DNA of 64,000 nt. Origin: Eledone cirrhosa (lineage: Eukaryota). The notes beneath the pieces were generated by a model, which did no database searches, was not told the DNA's origin, and worked only from the letters and a program-made list of their open reading frames with translations. Below are positions 27,433 through 46,430 of the stretch, one piece after another. The stretch is from the NCBI GenBank assembly GCA_964016885.1, contig OZ024745.1, forward strand, positions 19,344,001 to 19,408,000. Direction: 5' to 3'. A program made the position numbers and the translations under genes. Each line of letters opens with the position of its first letter. Positions within the stretch are counted from its first letter, which is position 1.

Positions 27433-28074
27433 GTGGCTGACCTGAGGTTAAACAGCAATAAGAACAACAATCGGCTAAAGTTAGATCCTGATGAAACAAC
27501 ACGTAGTCATTGAATAAGATAGCATTATTTTCCTTCAAGAGGGTGGGGATTAGCAGTAATCGTCGGACAGCATGCTTTGCGGCATATTGTAACATTCCTT
27601 TCCGTTCTGAGTTCAAATCCTGTCGAGGTTAACTTTGCTTTTCATCCTTACGGGGTCGATAAACTAAAGTAGCAGCAACGCACTGGAGTCTACACCCCAG
27701 TATGAGTGGTGATTAGTAGACAGAATGACGAAGGCATTGCCACAGAGAATAACCAGCGACACCCACTGCAACAGCCACCCCATCTCAGACTGTTGTCTTA
27801 AGGAAAATAGCAATTTAATGACGCTTACTTCTAATAAAACTTAAATGATTATCCAGGCTTAATAAAAACAAGGCTGCCATTTAATACAGTCGGGTAAAAC
27901 ACCTCCAAAGCAATGTATCCTTCGACTATCCGCCAGAGAAGTTGAGACTCTGAGAAAGAAATACATGATGTATGAACAACAGTTCTCTAACTGAGTTCTC
28001 TCCCTTGCTGGAAGAAAAACTAGGTTTTGTTTAGGTTTTAAAAAATGTTTGCTAATGTAGCGTTGAAAAGTCTT

Positions 28075-28485
28075 AAGCGGGACCCAAGTGCAATGCCTCC
28101 AAAAACCCAGCAGGAATTGATGTGCAATGTATGTGGCCGATTTCTTCTAACAGGAGCTGGTTTTTGTTAACCATCTGAAATCACTTGAGCCAGAGATGAA
28201 ATTAAGCCAACTGTGAGATGGTTCTACCGCCACACACCCACGGTATTTTTGCAGTGTGTGTGGCTTAATTTACTAGTCAGCTGGTAGTTTGACCAGACAT
28301 GGTAAAATGCATGAAAACACACCCCAGTTGGTATTGGCAGGAGACAGACAGTTCAAGTGTCACATCTGTGAACATGTCTGCAAAACAAAAGCGGGTCTGA
28401 AAAGTCACCTGCGTGCACATGATCGTACAATGTTCAATGAAGGGATGGCACTCTCCTGACAAGAAGTAGCAATCAGCATGTATAT
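28075..28485 (+). pseudogene. Degenerate RTE-like LINE 3' end encoding zinc-finger-like motifs
   Basis: CNVCGR...GFVNHLKS and FKCHICEHVCKTKAGLKSHLRAH, then GTAGCAATCAGC plus a TG-rich tail similar to ~10930-11060. Confidence 0.55.
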
Positions 28486-28636
28486 ATGGACCTGTAACTC
28501 CTGGTCTAGTCGTAGCAGCACCATGGTGACATACGGCGTTTCTCGAGTATTTTAAACCTTATGGAACCCATCCCCACTCCAGGTCTGAACACAGCTGATT
28601 TATTCCAGAGAAGGAGAGGTAAGCGAGAAAGTGATA

Positions 28637-28827
28637 TACAAAGGTCGGTTGAAAGGTTTATAGTCTAACTAAGATACTCTCATGGAATGACCGAATGAGG
28701 TTTATTTTTCAACATACAAACAATGTAGTTATTAATTAGATGATTTGAAATTAATGCATGCAAGATTTCACAGATCTAGCATCAATTCTTCATAGTCAGC
28801 CTATGAACTCTCAGCCTAACCTCGTAG
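28637..28827. mobile_element. Mariner-derived MITE
   Basis: Degenerate ~30-bp TIRs (TACAAAGGTCGGTTGAAAGGTTTATAG / CTATGAACTCTCAGCCTAACCTCGTA) bounded by TA. Related left end at ~55025-55145. Confidence 0.7.
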
Positions 28828-29699
28828 AGGCATAATCGACCTCAGTATTTGACTGGTACTTTTTTTATCGACCTCAAAAGGATGACATACAAAGTTGAAC
28901 TCAGCGGGATTTGGACTCAGGGTGCAAAGAGTTGGAACGAATACCACAAAGCATTCTATAGGACATTCTAACGACTCTGTTAATTGCCTTACAGTATGTT
29001 GAGTAATACTTATAATCCTTATATACGGTGACGAATTGGCAGAATAACGTCCGATAGTTTTGTGGTACCAGCTCTCTGCTCTCTAAGTTCAAATCTTGTC
29101 ATGGTCAACTTTGTGTTTCATCCTTTCGAGGTCGATAGCAAAAGTATCAGTCTAGTACTGGAGTCGATTCTTCCTCTATATTCCTTTCTTACTTCCTTTC
29201 GCTCACTTTATGTTCTTCTCTGGAAGAAATCTGCTGTTTTCAGACCTGTTGATAGATGGGGCCCCGTTAGGCTTAAACTGTCCTAGAAACGCCATATGTT
29301 AATACGGTACCCCTACCTCTCCATCAGATGTTACGGGACCATACATACTCACCACACCATATCATACCATACCATACCATATACCATAATCATTACAACT
29401 TGAACTGGCGGATTCTAGTCTGCCTAAACTATCTTCACAATACAGGGGAAATAACTCTGTCAAACCTAATTTGTGTATATAAAAATTTTGTTTTTAATGT
29501 AATATAATCAGCAGGGACAGTGAAGAGGTTGAATTTGAGTCTCAATAAAATAAAACTAAGTCATATAATACGATCAACCCAAGTGATTCAGTTTTTAAAT
29601 TTCTCTACGCCTTTTCTTCTATTTCCTACTTTTTTTTTTTATCTTTGTATCAAAACCGTCGCTGCGCAGATTTTACGGGCAAAAATAACTGATACGACA

Positions 29700-29892
29700 C
29701 CCAAGGGTAGATCACGAGCAATATAGTTGGATAAGATCCATGGGCTGTGCTGGTCTCGTTTGAGGATCCAGTCGGATCAATTGGAGACGGTTGCTTCTGA
29801 CATGACCTGCTGGAAGGAATATTTGAAACCTCTGCCCCTACGACCGTCCCATGTAGAAGAAGAAGAAGAAGAAGAAGAAGAAGAAGAAGAAA
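29700..29892 (+). pseudogene. RTE-like LINE 3' end with (GAA)n tail (also minus-strand copies at 35978-36220 and 52130-52620)
   Basis: RPKGRSRA..LDKIHGLCWSRL.I...VASD...W followed by (GAA)n. Homologous segments at 36.0-36.2 kb and 52.1-52.6 kb. Confidence 0.65.
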
Positions 29893-31164
29893 CCATTCCC
29901 ATCAGGACCTTACCTCCACACCATCTAATATGGCTTTCATTGCCACCATCACCATCGAGGCCACCACCACAAAGTGGTATCTATTTACAGCTAGGTGGAC
30001 GGATCCATTTGAAAACTAAATTGCTTGCACTATGAGCATAATGCAGTGTTGGTGAAAGAACTACGGACCACTCGGTTTGTTGTCTTCCACACGTCCATCC
30101 ACCTTGCCACCCATCTTCACAATAGGTTCGTCCAAGGTCTATGTAGGGAATATGTAAGGACGATAGAATTAAACCCCTATACAAGACGGCTATTATCCCC
30201 CTCTCTACATACATATGCCCACACAGAATTTGGATGTTTTGAATATTGTTTATAATACAGGTCAGGTCAGGCTTCTGTCTGCTACAAGTAACATGTAACC
30301 CAGTACAATCTGCTTCAAGGCTGAGTTGTCGGCAACTAAACTGGCTCCCCTACCAGACCCTGGTCAGGTCAAATCAGGCTTCTTTCTGCTATTAGTACCA
30401 TGTAAACTTGTACAATCTGCTTCATGGTTGAGTAATCGGCAACTAAACCGGCTCCTCTACCAGTTCCTGATTTGGTGAAAGGGAAAAGTGGAACTCCATC
30501 AGCACAAAAACAAATGCTGTTAAAAGTACAGATGAACTCCTCGGAACCAACGGCCATCCACCTCAACTGGTGAATACGGCTACACCAATGAAGTCATGAC
30601 CAAAACTAAACTGCAAGCGGTGGAGGGGGGTGGGGGGGGGGTCAAACAGGAAGAGGTTCTACCTATATGAATGAGAAGGCCCTGGGTTGGGTTGGATAAT
30701 CTGTAGAGAGTCGGATCAAATACCTACGGTGTTTTGTCAGTGTTTCACGTTCTGAGTTAAAATCCCGATGAGATCAACTTTACATTTCATCCTTTCGAAA
30801 TGAGTAAAATATAGAAGCAGACGACCACTTTGTTCGATTTGATATTCCTCGTTTAAAACAGCTCATATGTGAAAACACAACGAATGGATGGTCAGGATTG
30901 GAACGCCTTCAATAATAAGTCTGCTTTTTCACGGCTGACATTGAACTAAACAACAGCTGGTTTAGTTTCAAAATTTCTGGTGTTTTCTTGGCGGGAGTTA
31001 TTTCCCCTGAAAAAAATGTTTTTATTTTTTTATTTCTGTGGGGGGGGGGGTATGCGTGCGTCTGTGCGTGAGCGTGTGTGAGTGTGTGTGCTTATTTGAG
31101 TCTTTATGTCACACCAACTATCTCTGTGACCATGTAAGAACGCCAAACACGTGTTTCATGGCTT

Positions 31165-31370
31165 TTATGTAATACCGTGATGGACTTACAATCGTAATGT
31201 CGTGGGTTCGATTCCTGGACTGGGTTGTGTGTTGTGTTCTTGAGCAAAACACTTCATTTCATGTTGCTCCAGTATACTCAACCGAAAACGAGTCCCAGTA
31301 ATAGGTGGGGGTTTAACCCTGCAAAGCCACAGTAACCTGGGCAACCACTGGTCTGATGAGTCCCACCGCT
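31165..31370 (+). mobile_element. SINE family S3 (tRNA-derived)
   Basis: B box GGTTCGATTCC followed by TTGTGTTCTTGAGCAAAACACTTCATTTCA. A fuller minus-strand copy lies at 34360-34615. Confidence 0.7.
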
Positions 31371-32028
31371 CCAGACAGACTTCAGACTTTTTTTGGACTT
31401 TTTAATTCATAAAAGGGGATGAATTAATATACAGCAAGGGTGTCTTTATATCAGTAGTTCCCACGCTTTTATCTTCTAAGGTTCCCTTTTAACTAAATTT
31501 TCCCACTAATACTGCCTCCACTACAATTACTTCTCGGGTTGTTGTACAGCGACAATATCAATCGAAAGATAGAAAAGTTTCTACCTAAAGAAGACCGGAT
31601 ACTCGTTAGTGTGTTTGTGTTTATAGTTAGGTCACTTTTGAGTGCTACTGGTAACATGTAACCCAATACAACCTGTCACATGGTCGGATCCTCTCGGTAA
31701 CCCCACCAAATTTGCTTGGTGAGGAAAAGGATTTTGGACACCCAGCAGGATGAAAAATAAAACCTGACAAAGTGTGGAGGAACTCATAGGAGTCAACAGC
31801 CATCCAATAGAGACTACATACATATATATTAAGTGAGTGTGTAAATATGTATATGTTAATTTAAAAAGAGTGTGCAGAGCTGTAGTAGATTTCACTGGTT
31901 GGCAGTGGGTGGTCTTTTGTGACGTCCCTCTGTGTCTCAGTGTCTGTTCAACATGCCACTTACTGAACTGATGCGTGCAATATATGCTCGTTCAAGCTGA
32001 GCATCTAGCCTCTCTCACTTCGAGAGTA

Positions 32029-33985
32029 TCATAGGATAGTCTAGCAGAACAGGTCAGATCTAGAGTCTCTGGTATAGCTGTCATAAGATAGTCTAGAAGA
32101 ACAGGTGTGATCTAGAGTCTCTTGTATGGCTGTCATAAGATAGTCTAGCAGAACAGGTCAGATCTAGGGTCTCTGATATGGCTGTCATAGGATAGTCTAG
32201 AAGAACAGGTTAGATCTAGAGTCTCTGATATGGCTGTCATAGGATAGTCTAGCAGAACAGGTTAGATCTAGAGTCTCTGATATGGCTGTCATAGGATAGT
32301 CTAGAAGAACAGGTCAGATCTAGAGTCTCTGGTATGGCTGTCATAGGATAGTCTAGCAGAACAGGTCAGATCTAGAGTCTCTGATATGGCTGTCATAGGA
32401 TAGTCTAGCAGAACAGGTCAGATCTAGAGTCTCTGGTATGGCTGTCATAGGATAGTCTAGCAGAACAGGTCAGATCTAGAGTCTTTGATCTGGCTGTCAT
32501 AGGATAGTCTAGCAGAACAGGTCAGATCTAGAGTCTTTGATCTGGCTGTCATAGGATAGTCTAGCAGAACAGGTCAGATCTAGAGTCTTTGATCTGGCTG
32601 TCATAGGATAGTCTAGCAGAACAGGTCAGATCTAGAGTCTTTGATCTGGCTGTCATAGGATAGTCTAGCAGAACAGGTTAGATCTAGAGTCTCTGGTATG
32701 GCTGTCATAGGATAGTCTAGCAGAACAGGTCAGATCTAGAGTCTCTGATATGGCTATCATAGGATAGTCTAGCAGAACAGGTCAGATCTAGAGTCTCTGA
32801 TATGGCTGTCATAGGATAGTCTAGAAGAACAGGTCAGATCTAGAGTCCCTGATATGGCTGTCATAGGATAGTCTAGCAGAACAGGTTAGATCTAGAGTCT
32901 CTGGTATGGCTGTCATAGGATAGTCTAGCAGAACAGGTCAGATCTAGAGTCTCAGATATGGCTGTCATAGGATAGTCTAGCAGAACAGGTTAGATCTAGA
33001 GTCTCAGATATGGCTGTCATAGGATAGTCTAGAAGAACAGGTCAGATCTAGAGTCCCTGATATGGCTGTCATAGGATAGTCTAGCAGAACAGGTTAGATC
33101 TAGAGTCTCTGGTATGGCTGTCATAGGATAGTCTAGCAGAACAGGTCAGATCTAGAGTCTCAGATATGGCTGTCATAGGATAGTCTAGCAGAACAGGTTA
33201 GATCTAGAGTCTCAGATATGGCTGTCATAGGATAGTCTAGAAGAACAGGTCAGATCTAGAGTCCCTGATATGGCTGTCATAGGATAGTCTAGAAGAACAT
33301 GTCAGATCTAGAGTCTCTGATATGGCTGTCATAGGATAGTCTAGCAGAACAGGTCAGATCTAGAGTCTCAGATATGGCTGTCATAGGATAGTCTAGAAGA
33401 ACAGGTCAGATCTAGAGTCTCAGATATGGCTGTCATAGGATAGTCTAGCAGAACAGGTTAGATCTAGAGTCTCAGATATGGCTGTCATAGGTTAGTCTAG
33501 AAGAACAGGTCAGATCTAGAGTCCCTGATATGGCTGTCATAGGATAGTCTAGAGAACAGGTCAGATCTAGAGTCCCTGATGTGGCTGTCATAGGATAGTC
33601 TAGCAGAACAGGTCAGATCTAGAGTCTCTGATATGGCTGTCATAGGATAGTCTAGCAGAACATGTCAGATCTAGAGTCTCTGGTATGGCTGTCATAGGAT
33701 AGTCTAGCAGAACATGTCAGATCTAGAGTCTCTGGTATGGCTGTCATAGGATAGTCTAGCAGAACAGGTTAGATCTAGAGTCTCTGATATGGCTGTCATA
33801 GGATAGTCTAGTAGAACAGGTTAGATCTAGAGTCTCTGGTATGGCTGTCATAGGATAGTCTAGAAGAACAGGTTAGATCTAGAGTCTCTGGTATGGCTGT
33901 CATAGGATAGTCTAGCAGAACAGGTTAGATCTAGAGTCTCTGGTATGGCTGTCATAGGATAGTCTAGCAGAACAGGTTAGATCTA
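32029..33985. repeat. 52-bp minisatellite (~37 copies)
   Basis: Unit ATAGGATAGTCTAGCAGAACAGGTCAGATCTAGAGTCTCTGATATGGCTGTC. Confidence 0.95.
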
Positions 33986-34359
33986 AAGAAGTAGACCTCG
34001 ATAAAAATCCAGCTTGTCTTATAGTAAGCAGTAGCTCATGCGACCATCATCAGTTTAATTAGATGACCTCAGCATCATGATCGCCAGTAGCTTCAGAGAT
34101 GATCAACTATTAATTCGAAAATGTGTTAATACAACTGCTCCAGCGGAGAAATCTATAAGTATGCAGGTGTGGCTAGTCACATATATTCTAGCCATTAGAA
34201 AAAGCAAAATGAATGCTTCACCTCGATGGAGAGATGATTGAAGAAGAAGTAGATTATGTTTATAACATTTGAACTGTGCTCGTCATCATCCGGGGCTACA
34301 ATTGTGGACCACACCCCAGGTATGGCACCGCTAAAATGTCTTAAGCCTATCTCGAACCT

Positions 34360-34615
34360 AGAAGCTCATCAAGCCTGTGTTTATCCCGGTTTCCGTGGCA
34401 TGAGAGTACAAGACTTCCCCCTCCACCTGGACAAGTAGCCAGCCCATCGCAGAGTTAAACCCCAAGCTATTGCTGGTACTCATTTTCAGTTGAGTATACT
34501 GGAGCAACGTGAAATGAAGTGTTTTGCTCAAGAACACAACACACAACCCGGTCCAGGAATCGAACCCTCCACATTATGATCGTAAGTCCAACACACTTAC
34601 CACTAGGGCACCGCT
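34360..34615 (-). mobile_element. SINE family S3
   Basis: Minus strand has GTGCCCTAGTGGTAAG (A-box-like) and GGTTCGATTCC (B box). Confidence 0.75.
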
Positions 34616-34695
34616 GCTTTATATCTATTGATTCCATACAGAGATAGCAATGAATTAAGGAAAAGGTGTGAGTATATAAATGTAACCAATGCAGT

Positions 34696-34876
34696 CATTG
34701 CCAGATTTACCATTGTGCTTAGTTGTCTTAGATGTACTTAAGAACAGGGTCCCATTGACCAGGAGGAGGGAGGGAGCATCTTCCAGCCAAAAAAATCGTT
34801 TACGATAAATTTTTTACGAGTAAGGGCCTCATAACTTAATTAGCACAGGGCCTCATTTGTCCTAAATCTGGCACTG
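34696..34876. mobile_element. Probable hAT-type MITE
   Basis: TIRs CATTGCCAGATTTA / TAAATCTGGCACTG (13 of 14 match). Degenerate 8-bp flanks AATGCAGT / AAGTTAGT. Confidence 0.45.
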
Positions 34877-35197
34877 AAGTTAGTGTGTATATATTTCCCA
34901 CAGTTAGAGAGGACTTTATGATCAGTAGTTCCCTATTGTAATATTGTTGACAAATCAACAGTTGACAATCTTCACATCCTCTTCACATCATGTTCACACC
35001 ACTCCTGAAAACATATGCTCTTGATTATATTTGCATTTCAGGAGTGTGTTTACACACACATACACAGTACACACACACATATACACAAACACACACACAT
35101 ATACACACACATACACACATATATACCCACGCAAACATACAAAATATAAATACACACACACATGCACATACACACACATATACTTACGCGCACACAC

Positions 35198-35241
<44 letters not shown>

Positions 35242-35347
35242 ATATAGTAATAATAATAAATTTGAAGACTAAAATCCAAAGAGGGCTCGATAAGGATAAA
35301 TATATATCAAATATATAAGAACCGTAGAGCAAATATATATATAAATA

Positions 35348-35976
35348 CTAGCCGAATTAACCGCGCCTTGCTGCGTCTCACACATCTTTTTGTAAGAAAA
35401 TGATGATGGATTTTAAATCAGTGATATAATTTATGGAGAAAAACTCTGCATTTCAATATTACTCAATGTAAAATGTAATGCATGAAAAATTGGAAAACAT
35501 TTTTTGTAATATATCAAATCAAAATTACATTATTAAATTTTATTCTTATTTTGTTTCTTTTAAATAATATTTTTCAAAATATCAATTCAGGACTTTTGTG
35601 AATAAACATCATATCTTGTCATTTACCTATGGTTTAGATTTCATATAAATTGAAGGGAAAAAATATTCAGCGGGGGTTTGTGGTCCCCGAGGAACCCTAA
35701 TAGGGGGTGTCTTAATATTATTGCAATTTGCTGAAATTTTGTGAATAGGCATCGTATCTTGTCATTTACCTATGGTTTAAATTTCATATAAATCGAAGTG
35801 AAAAACATTTCAGCGGGGGTTTGTGCCCCCGGGGAACCCTTTGATTAAAATGAAATATACCCTGGGCAATGTAGTTTTAGAATATATATGGGGGTCTATC
35901 TCCAAAACCATAGGAGTTCTTGAACAAACAAACAAATAAACTAACAGACAGGAACTACAACTTTATATATATATAT
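35348..35976 (-). mobile_element. Non-autonomous Helitron-like element (family of 7945-8990)
   Basis: ACTAG terminus with a GC-rich subterminal motif. The other end has (AAAC)n...CTTTATATATA. Inserted in a TA tract. Confidence 0.65.
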
Positions 35977-36237
35977 ACTTCTTCATCCACTTATTCCTGA
36001 GAGGGTCGTGGGGGAAGAATCCTCAAACACTCCCTCCAGCGGGTCCTGTCAAAAGCAACCATCTCTAACCGATCCGGAGGGATGCCCCAAGCGTGACCAG
36101 CCAAGCTCATGGATGTTATCCAATCATCTTGCTCGGGGTCTCCTGCCGGTTAGTTTTGACCGTAAAATCTGTCCAGCGATTCTTTCCTGAGACATTCTAA
36201 CCTCATGCCTATAGTATCAGATATATATATATATATA

Positions 36238-36284
<47 letters not shown>

Positions 36285-36286
36285 AT

Positions 36287-36327
<41 letters not shown>

Positions 36328-36331
36328 ATAT

Positions 36332-36368
<37 letters not shown>

Positions 36369-36370
36369 AT

Positions 36371-36446
<76 letters not shown>

Positions 36447-36471
36447 CACACACACACACACATATATATAT

Positions 36472-36671
36472 AACGAAGGAAATGTGGTAAGGAACCAGGT
36501 GGACCATAACGCACCAAAGTACTCAATACTTAGGGTAGTAGAGTGGGTAATAGGAACGAGTAGGACCCCGACGGCTGAGCTCAAGCCGTTTCGACGGCTA
36601 ATTCTGGACTCAATTAGTCCAGAATTAGCCGTCGAAACGGCTTGAGCTCAGCCGTCGGGGTCCTACTCTTT

Positions 36672-36676
<5 letters not shown>
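36472..36676 (-). mobile_element. Fold-back element family P1, copy C
   Basis: Arms ~36550-36610 / 36616-36676. GAAA-CGGCT(TGAGCTC)AGCCG-TC-GGGG at 36634-36660 and on the opposite strand. Confidence 0.75.
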
Positions 36677-36740
<64 letters not shown>

Positions 36741-37561
36741 ATATATATACATATAGTTTATTTTACTTGCTTTTATTTCGAGGTAGTGACTATGTGTTGT
36801 GAGTCACTTCGATGCTGTATGCATGGTTGGATTGGATGAAGGTCTTTTCTTTAGTGATTAAAAAAACAAACAGGAATGTTGGTAATTATAAAGTTATTTA
36901 ATTGGATGATGTATGTGTGAATGGGTGTAGTGATGCGGTGGTTGAACATGTATAAATGCGAAGGTCAGGTGTATATGTTAAAAATATCTTTATTCATAAA
37001 CCTGTGATACATATTTCAATGACGATCATGGCTATGTGATACTTTGATCACACAGTGATCAAAGTCCGCAAATATAATGCCAACTACCAGCTCGTATGAG
37101 TTATGGCCGTTAAAGTGACCCACACGTGACCCGGCCGCTAGTGCAAGCGAGAATATTACAGACTTGTTGATGGCTTGGCTGCTAAAAAAATAGCAGTAAG
37201 CAACAACGAATTTTTTCTCTACATAGATTGGAGAATGTATAAAGTACTAAGTACCCATAGATATATATATGATATGGGATCGATTGTGCATTGGATATCG
37301 AATGCTCTACTAAATATATAATAGATGCAGCGAGATCTAGGCAAATTGATGTCTATTGAAACGTACGTAAGAACCAAATAAATCTCTTTTACTGCATCTT
37401 TCTGTTCTTTTTAATTCTTTATATAGCCCCGGAATATAGCTAAACTGGAATATACACCTTTTTTCTGCATTTCGTTGAGCACCACTCTGTTGTAAGCTGA
37501 CATTCCCCTACACGGTACATAACACTGTGTCCTGGAAAACATTAATGCACTCGTGCATAAC

Positions 37562-38544
<983 letters not shown>

Positions 38545-38584
38545 AATAAATATACACGGGTGTGCATGATTGTGTATAGAAGAT

Positions 38585-38881
38585 TATATTAATAAAAGGA
38601 ATTCCAACTTTGTCTGATTTACTCGTTTTATTTACAATCCTTTAAAATTATAATGGTATTAGAATGAAATAGTATGGTAGAATATTAAATGTTAAGTGTT
38701 AATTGAACAAGTACTTTCATGCTTTCGCTGAAGATTGCGAAAGCATGAAAGTACTTGTTCAATTAACACTTAACATTTAATATTCTACCATACTATTTCA
38801 TTCTAATACCATTATAATTTTAAAGGATTGTAAATAAAACGAGTAAATCAGACAAAGTTGGAATTCCTTTTATTAATATAT
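38585..38881. mobile_element. Fold-back element family F (palindrome of the 19705-19860 sequence)
   Basis: ~144-bp arms 38585-38728 / 38737-38881. The axis overlaps CTGAAGA (38728-38734). Confidence 0.8.
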
Positions 38882-38890
38882 ATATATATA

Positions 38891-39239
38891 TATAAGGAAA
38901 AAAGATGAAATCGAAAATGCAACTGGAGTCTAATTTTTTAAAAATATATATATATTTATTTGGTTCCTTTACTGCTTTCGCAGTTCTTCTGCTTTTCAAA
39001 AGTAGAGTTGAGATGGAGGGTCTGTGGTTTTTCTCACATGTGAAAAAAACCACAGACCCTCCATCTCAACTCTACTTTTGAAAAGCAGAAGAACTGCGAA
39101 ACCGGTAAAAGAACCAAATAAATATATATATATTTTTTTAAATAAGATTCCAGTTGCATTTTCGATTTCATCTTTTTTCCTTATACTTTCACTCGTGTAG
39201 GACACCTCGGTTATTTTTCATTTTGTAAAAAAACCTTAC

Positions 39240-39247
<8 letters not shown>
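38891..39247 (+). mobile_element. Fold-back element family G, copy 2
   Basis: Axis TCACATGTGA at 39034-39043. Same TTGAAAA...GAAACCGGTA core at 39078-39107. Confidence 0.75.
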
Positions 39248-39303
<56 letters not shown>

Positions 39304-39546
39304 ATGTATGTATGTATGTATGTATGTATGTATGTATGTATGTATGTATGTGCTACTGGTAACATGTATCCCAGTACAGCCTGTCCCATGGTCGGGTCGT
39401 TGGCGACTAAACTGGCAACCCCACCAAGGTTTCTTGGTGAGGAGGGTGACTTTGGACATCCTGCAGGACTAAAAACAAAACCTGTCAAAGGGCAAAGGAG
39501 CTCTTAAGAGTCAATGGCCATCCAAAATCACCGGGAGAGATGACCC

Positions 39547-40215
39547 CTTAGCCTTTGTCAAGGCAGAATTCTAGGAGAAGGAAAACTCTGATATAACACC
39601 TGCAACCCTGATGGTATCCAATGATGTTGACTTGTTCTTCTTTTTGGTAAATATCATCTTGGTTAAGAGAGTGGGACTGGCTTTGTGCAATGCCTTTGCT
39701 CACTATAAAAGCTTCACGACACAGGCATTGCTTTATATCTGGAGATCTCTCTGCACTTGTAATCACATGGTACCATGGGCCCAGCACTATGTGTCAATAA
39801 TTGTCACAAGTGTAGTGTTTGTACCAGAGTTTTCAAGTCGCTGGCTGGACTAAAAAGTCACACTTGTTCAGCGCATTAGTAGGGGTTCTCCTACATGGAT
39901 ATAAAGTAGTGGCCGTACTTGAAAACGAGTTGGCAGCCACCATGTATGTATGCATGTATGTATGTATGTAAGCTTCACGGCACAGGCATTGCTTTATATC
40001 TGGAGATGTCTCTGCACTTGTCGTCACATGGTACCATGGGCCCAGCACTATGTGTCAATAATTGTCACAAGTGTAGTGTTTGTACCAGAGTTTTCAAGTC
40101 GCTGGCTGGACTAAAAAATCACACTCGTTCAGCGCATCGGTAGGAGTTCTCCTACATGGATATAAAGTAGTGGCCGTACTCGAAAACGAGTTGGCAGCCA
40201 CCATGTAAGTATGTA
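39547..40215 (+). pseudogene. RTE-like LINE 3' end, tandemly duplicated (~250-260 bp twice)
   Basis: 39712-39970 is repeated at 39971-40215. Contains CHKCSVCTRVFKSLAGLKNHTRSAH and (TATG)n tails. Confidence 0.65.
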
Positions 40216-40525
40216 TTTCAAAACAGTGGGGTGCACAATACAAAGACCCTACAATTTCGAAGCTTTCTCTCTTCCGGAGCAATTCTACTCACTATCACCA
40301 TATCGGCATCATCCACCTAAGGTTTTGCAATTCAGAGACTGAACCGACAAACGAAAGAAGGTGATGTAAAATAAATACATCGAATGCCAACATAATGGTG
40401 ATAAATAGTTATATTTACGACGACAATTGAATATTCAAACTGTTTCACACTAACCATAAATCTCTCCAGGAGTCTCTTCAAAATCATGGAAATACATAGC
40501 AATGTGTTCTAGCTGAAAAAAAAAT

Positions 40526-41180
40526 TACTGTATGTACTCGAATATAATCCGATCTATTTTAAGCTGATCCGAATATAAGCCGATCTATTTTATGTTTGAG
40601 AAATAGGCAAAAATCCAAACCCCGTGTATAAGCCGAAGCAGGTAATCAATACACGTTTAGCACATCGTTTATGTAGAATTTTGAAACTGGTGAAAATTAT
40701 CAAAATAATTGTTTTTACTTTTGGCACAAGGCCAGCAATTATCTCAGTATATTACTGGTACTTTATTTTATCGACTCCGTAAGGATGAAAGGCAAAGTTA
40801 ACCTCGGCGGAATTTGAACTCAGACCGTAAAGGGCCGTAACTATACACTGCATAGCATGGCGCCCGACTCTCTACCGATACTGAAAATAATGGTTTCTGA
40901 TTTAGGCTCAAGGCCAACAATTTGGGAAGAGGAGAAAGTTGATTAAATCGACCTCAGTACATTACTGGTACTTTATTTTCTAAGGCTGAAAGGCAAAGCT
41001 AACCTCTGTAGGATTTGAATTCAGAACGTAAAGAGGCGTACCTCTATGACATAAAGCATGTTTGTCCGACGCTCTACCGATACTACCAATCTGAAAATCG
41101 TCAAAATATTGACTTGGAATATTTTACCGTCAATTTTGGGGGTACATATTTCTCGATTTATATATAATTATGTATGGTAA
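40526..41180. mobile_element. Possible pogo/Tc2-type MITE relic containing two nested SINE S1 copies (40705-41092, minus)
   Basis: Left end TACTGTATGTACTCGAATATAA..CCGA with repeated TATAAGCCGA. The right end is degenerate (...TATGGTA). Confidence 0.35.
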
Positions 41181-41264
41181 CTACTCTGACAGTGGCAACA
41201 ATCAAATTATTGACTTCACTTCCAGCATACCAAACATGGCAAAAGAAACTTATTTTCAACAGTT

Positions 41265-41906
41265 TAATAATTGTTCCTACTTTAGGCACAAGGCCAGTAA
41301 TTATCCAGTGTATTACTGGTACTTTATTTTATCAACCCCGTAAGGATGAAAGGCAAAGTTAACTTCGGCGGGATTTGAACTCAGACCATAAAGGGCCGTA
41401 ACTCTTTGCTGCAAAAGCATGGCGTCCGACCCTCTACCGATACTGCCAATCCACTTAATAATATGTTTCCGTTCAAGGACCTCTACTGCAGTAAATATGG
41501 AACAAGATATATTAAAGTGTTTCTTTACGTCACTGACCGTATCTGATATGAGAAACTTGAATATATACTATCTACTAGCAGGCATCCGTCATTCATCTGT
41601 TTGATCAAAGGGTTCTTTATTTCAGAATTTTTCCCATCTTAGTAGTTTGTACTAAGAACGTTTCTATCTTCAGTCTAAATATGGCGTACTTCAAGGATCG
41701 CTACTAATTTCTAAACTCTTCCTTATTTTCGTAAATTAATTGTTTCTACTTTTGGCACAAGGCCAGCAATTACCCAGTGCATTACTGGTACTTTATTTTA
41801 TCGACCCCGTAAGGATGCAAGCAAAGTTAACCTCGACGGGATTTGAACTCAAACCGTAAAGAGACGTAACTATGCTAGAAAGCATGGCTTCCAACCCTCT
41901 ACTGAT
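41265..41906 (-). mobile_element. Two SINE S1 copies (41265-41455 and 41737-41906)
   Basis: Reverse complements of 17506-17691. Confidence 0.8.
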
Positions 41907-41978
41907 AATGTTTTAATTTCTGTTATCTCCGAAAACCACGAATTGCTATGTAGTAATGTATGTATGTATGCATAAATG

Positions 41979-46228
<4,250 letters not shown>

Positions 46229-46229
46229 G

Positions 46230-46314
<85 letters not shown>

Positions 46315-46367
46315 GAATGAATGTATGTATCAACCTAGCTATCTATCTGTCTATCAATCCCCGGCAT

Positions 46368-46430
46368 GTCTTTGTATTGTCCCCTTTCTTGTTGCGCCCT
46401 TGTGGCTAATAAAGAAATCTATCTATCTAT
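46368..46430 (+). mobile_element. Short 3'-end fragment of the same Tx1-like family, in the opposite orientation
   Basis: TTTGTATTGTCCCCTTTCTTGTTGCGCCCTTGTGGCTAATAAAGAAAT(CTAT)n matches the reverse complement of 42100-42155. Confidence 0.75.

Noticed and set aside
32029-33985. CRISPR-like array
   Set aside because: Contiguous 52-bp units with no unique spacers and no cas genes, in eukaryotic context.
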